NCBI GenBank assembly: GCA_003208875.1
Contig: QCUR01000001.1
Location: 320,001 to 384,000, forward strand
Direction: 5' to 3'
Source: Prochlorococcus sp. AG-679-M23
Lineage (GTDB): Bacteria > Cyanobacteriota > Cyanobacteriia > PCC-6307 > Cyanobiaceae
DNA length: 64,000 bases
A program made the translations under genes and the position numbers. Under the pieces are notes generated by a model, which saw only the letters and a list, made by a program, of their open reading frames with translations, did not search any database and was not told the origin of the DNA. Position 1 is the stretch's first letter. Each line of letters opens with the position of its first letter. Shown here piece by piece: positions 60,680-64,000 of this stretch.

Positions 60680-61852
60680 TTAGAATTTATTTAAGGCAAA
60701 TAAGATATCTGAAATTAAATCATTTGTATCTTCACAACCTACCGACAATCTTATAAGTGAATCATCAATACCTAGAAGGGTTTTTGTTTTGTCATCAACA
60801 GATGCATGAGTCATTGTTGCTGGGTGGCAAATTAAACTTTCAACGCCTCCAAGACTCTCTGCTAATGAGAAATATCTGAGTGATTTACAAAATTTAAAAG
60901 TGTCCGATTTGTTTAAATTCAATTTAAGGGTGATCATTGAACCACCAGATTTCATTTGTGATTTTGCTAAATTAAATTGTGGATGTTTTTGATTAAAGGG
61001 ATAAAAAACTTTACTAATTATTCTGTGATTTTCAATTTTCTTAGAAATTATCTCTGCACTTTTTGTTTGTTGTTCGATTCTTAGAGGGAGAGTTTTTACT
61101 CCTCTTGTAATTAACCATGTATCAAAAGGCGAGGGTTGAAGTCCTAAAGCTTTTTGAGAGAAAAGCATCTTACTATTCCATTCCTCATTATTCGTTAGGA
61201 CTGCTCCACCAAGTGCATCACTATGGCCATTTATAAATTTTGTTGTACTTATAAGAGATAGTGTTGCGCCTAGTTCTAGAGGTTTTTGAATGAGAGCTGT
61301 AGAAAAGGTGTTATCTAGAACTACAGGTATTTTGTACTTATTAGCTTCATCACAAATAAGTTTAATATCAAGTACTTTCAAAAGAGGATTTGTTGGACTT
61401 TCAAGCCAAATTAAAGTTGGATGAAAGTCTTTAATTTCTTTAAAATTTTCTTTATTTGTAAAATCTGTATATAAAACTTCTATTCCAAATTTTTTGAAAA
61501 TCTTATCGAACATTCTTATTGTACAACCATATAGATTTGACTCGCAGAGTATTTTATCGCCTGATTTTAATGAAGATGTAATTGCAGTTACTGCACTTAT
61601 GCCAGATCCAAAAATTGTACAATATTTGGATTCTTCTATGGATTTAAGTATATTTTCTAGAATTTTAAAGTTTGGATTACCTGATCTGGTGTAATCGAAA
61701 TTGCCCTTATTACCATGTTTAAATGTTGAGGTAGAAAAAATTGGTGGCATGACACATCCAGTCTCTTCAGAAAATGTTTCTCCATGATGAATTGATAAGG
61801 TTTTAACACCTGGCTTTTTGATGATATTTTTCTTATTTCCCATTGTTTTCAA
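60680..61852 (-). CDS. metB: Cystathionine gamma-synthase/beta-lyase family
   Basis: YTRSGNP, ESPTNP, DNTF, STTKFINGHSD, ESLGG. Confidence 0.88.
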   Translation of the reverse strand: MKTMGNKKNIIKKPGVKTLSIHHGETFSEETGCVMPPIFSTSTFKHGNKGNFDYTRSGNPNFKILENILKSIEESKYCTIFGSGISAVTAITSSLKSGDKILCESNLYGCTIRMFDKIFKKFGIEVLYTDFTNKENFKEIKDFHPTLIWLESPTNPLLKVLDIKLICDEANKYKIPVVLDNTFSTALIQKPLELGATLSLISTTKFINGHSDALGGAVLTNNEEWNSKMLFSQKALGLQPSPFDTWLITRGVKTLPLRIEQQTKSAEIISKKIENHRIISKVFYPFNQKHPQFNLAKSQMKSGGSMITLKLNLNKSDTFKFCKSLRYFSLAESLGGVESLICHPATMTHASVDDKTKTLLGIDDSLIRLSVGCEDTNDLISDILFALNKF

Positions 61853-61917
61853 AATAAGAATTTATTAAACCTCTCAACAATAAGGTGAGTGATTTAATAA
61901 TTTGAAGAAAAGGATTT

Positions 61918-62526
61918 TTATACTTTTCTTGAATAGTATTCAACAACTAATAACTCGTTTATTTCAAGTGCGACCCATTCTCTATCACACTTTCCGTTGA
62001 TTTTGCCTGTTAACTTAGGTTTGTCTAACTCTATATGAGGTGGGACATTAGCTAAACCAGGAAATTCAATATTACCTTCTACAAGTTTTTTACTCGCTTT
62101 GTTTTCTTTAATGCTAATTACATCTCCTGGTTTACATTGGTAACCTGCAATATCAAGAACTTTTCCATTAATGGTTACATGCCCATGATTTACTAATTGT
62201 CTTGAACCTGGGATTGTTCCACCAAAACCTAATCTAAAACAAACATTATCTAATCTGTTTTCTAAAAGTCTAAGGAGATTGGTTCCTGTAGAGCCTTCTT
62301 GAGCTCTAGCTTTTTTAACGTAACGAACTAGTTGCCTTTCAGAAACTCCATAGTTGAATCTAAGTTTCTGCTTTTCTTCTAGACGAATTGCGTATTCTGA
62401 TCGCTTGCGACGGGCTTGGCCGTGCTGACCTGGAGGATTTGACTTCTTTGAAGCTTTCCTAGTGAGACCTGGTAGTTCTCCCAAGCGACGCGTAACCCTT
62501 AATCTTGGGCCGCGGTATCTTGACAT
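61918..62526 (-). CDS. rpsD: 30S ribosomal protein S4
   Basis: [21 protein letters not shown]. Confidence 0.99.
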   Translation of the reverse strand: MSRYRGPRLRVTRRLGELPGLTRKASKKSNPPGQHGQARRKRSEYAIRLEEKQKLRFNYGVSERQLVRYVKKARAQEGSTGTNLLRLLENRLDNVCFRLGFGGTIPGSRQLVNHGHVTINGKVLDIAGYQCKPGDVISIKENKASKKLVEGNIEFPGLANVPPHIELDKPKLTGKINGKCDREWVALEINELLVVEYYSRKV

Positions 62527-62621
62527 AATTTTAAATTAAAATTGAGATTTGCAATAAATTGGATAATTGATTAAATTCAACTAAACTAATTACTACTGGA
62601 CTCTTATTTTACATCATTAAA

Positions 62622-62858
62622 GTGATTAAAAGCGTCAACAAACTACTTACATCTATATTTCTTTTGATGATTTCCTTCTATCAAAAGTGGTTCTCGCCTT
62701 TTTTTGGACCAAGATGCAGATTTATACCAAGTTGTAGTTCTTATGGATACGAGGCTATTAAAAGGCACGGCCCTTGGAGAGGTGGATGGTTGACCTTGAG
62801 AAGATTAAGCAAATGTCATCCGTTAACCCCATGCGGTTGTGATCCTGTTCCTGATTAA
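62622..62858 (+). CDS. yidD: Membrane protein insertion efficiency factor
   Basis: [19 protein letters not shown]. Confidence 0.95.
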   Translation: MIKSVNKLLTSIFLLMISFYQKWFSPFFGPRCRFIPSCSSYGYEAIKRHGPWRGGWLTLRRLSKCHPLTPCGCDPVPD

Positions 62859-62862
62859 GTGA

Positions 62863-63165
62863 ATGAAAATACTCATTTTTGTTAGGAAAGGTTGTTGCCT
62901 TTGTGAGACATTAAAAAATAAACTAATAAAAATAAATCTTAAAGAAATAAAACCTAAATTAGAAATTAATGAAATTGACATAGATAGGTTTGATTTGTAC
63001 CAAGATAAATATAAAAAATTTGATAATGAAGTTCCTGTTGTCGCTATTAAAGAAAGTAAGTCTCAAAAAATTATTGAGTTACCTAGGATCTCTCCAAGAT
63101 TGAAGGATGATCAACTAAAAAAATGGCTAGAAAAAAATATAAAGATTGCTTTGAATAACAATTAA
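62863..63165 (+). CDS. Glutaredoxin-like protein
   Basis: RKGCCLC, EVPV. Confidence 0.85.
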   Translation: MKILIFVRKGCCLCETLKNKLIKINLKEIKPKLEINEIDIDRFDLYQDKYKKFDNEVPVVAIKESKSQKIIELPRISPRLKDDQLKKWLEKNIKIALNNN

Positions 63166-63172
63166 TTGGAAG

Positions 63173-64000
63173 ATGAGATCAATAAAATTACATAAACTTC
63201 TATCTTTGGTAAAAATTGTACCAACATCTTTGTTGATAAATCCAGAAATAACTAATATATCTTTTAATTCCAAAGAAGTTGAGAAAGGAACTTTGTTTTT
63301 GGGATTGCCAGGATTAAATGTCGATGGAGGGAAATATTGGAAAGAGGCTATTGAAAATGGTGCAGAGGCAGCCATTATTGGTTTCAAAGCCAAAGAACTA
63401 ACTGAAACTATTGATCATAAAAAAGTTCTTGTTATAGAAGAGCCTTTAGGGGATCTTTTTTGTGGTCGAATAGTATCTGAGTTTTGGAAAAGACCTTCAA
63501 GTAAACTTAAACTTATTGGTGTGACAGGTACTAATGGGAAAACAACAATAACCTTTATATTAGAATATCTTCTTAATAAATTAGGAAAAAAGACAGCTTT
63601 ATTTGGAACATTATTTAATAGGTGGCCAGGATATTCAGAGGTCTCTTCACATACAACTGATTTTGCGGATAAACTTCAAAAGAAATTAAATGCTGCAGTT
63701 GAAGCCGACTCTGAGTTTGCAATATTAGAAGTAAGTTCCCATGCTATTGCTCAAAATAGGATATCAGGTTGTGAATTTAAGGCAGCTATTTTTACAAATT
63801 TATCTCAAGATCATCTTGATTATCATTCCGATATGGAATCGTATTTTAAGACAAAACAAAGATTATTTTTCCCGCCTTACTTATCAGTAAAAAATGGAAT
63901 AGCTGTTTTAAATTGCGATGACCTTTGGATCTCTAAATTGCCAACTCATCTAAAAAAAAGATCGTCTGTAGTTACTACAAAAAAGATTAAGAGCGAATTT
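63173..64000 (+). CDS. murE: UDP-MurNAc-tripeptide synthetase (partial, runs off window)
   Basis: Manual translation gives GVTGTNGKTT, EVSSH, FTNLSQDHLDYH. Confidence 0.95.
   Translation, partial: MRSIKLHKLLSLVKIVPTSLLINPEITNISFNSKEVEKGTLFLGLPGLNVDGGKYWKEAIENGAEAAIIGFKAKELTETIDHKKVLVIEEPLGDLFCGRIVSEFWKRPSSKLKLIGVTGTNGKTTITFILEYLLNKLGKKTALFGTLFNRWPGYSEVSSHTTDFADKLQKKLNAAVEADSEFAILEVSSHAIAQNRISGCEFKAAIFTNLSQDHLDYHSDMESYFKTKQRLFFPPYLSVKNGIAVLNCDDLWISKLPTHLKKRSSVVTTKKIKSEF

Overview
AT-rich picocyanobacterial chromosome segment, most consistent with a high-light Prochlorococcus (inferred from gene content, synteny and base composition). It opens with the 3' end of the rRNA operon (23S, 5S) and mutM-psaE. 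A ~36 kb genomic-island-like region (~5.6-41.7 kb) follows, packed with small and micro-ORFs, pseudogenes, phage-like genes (pyrE, MarR-type regulator, PTOX, hli-like ORF) and several non-coding RNAs, and it is anchored at a tRNA-Tyr/tRNA-Thr locus. The rest is core genome (aroQ to murE). Unannotated structure seen directly in the sequence: (1) an exact 89-bp direct repeat containing a whole tRNA-Thr that brackets a 4.4-kb element with an integrase remnant; (2) two dispersed copies of a unit made of palindromic operator, -10 box, GGAGG, a micro-ORF MIDSPPE conserved through synonymous changes, and a terminator; (3) a four-copy ~45-bp TTGAC...hairpin-T-run-ATG element heading small-gene cassettes; (4) a tandem Yfr1/Yfr10-like and Yfr2-like sRNA pair with mutual complementarity; (5) a glutamine-II (Downstream-peptide) riboswitch with an NtcA box. 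All family assignments come from recognising motifs by eye; no database searches were run.
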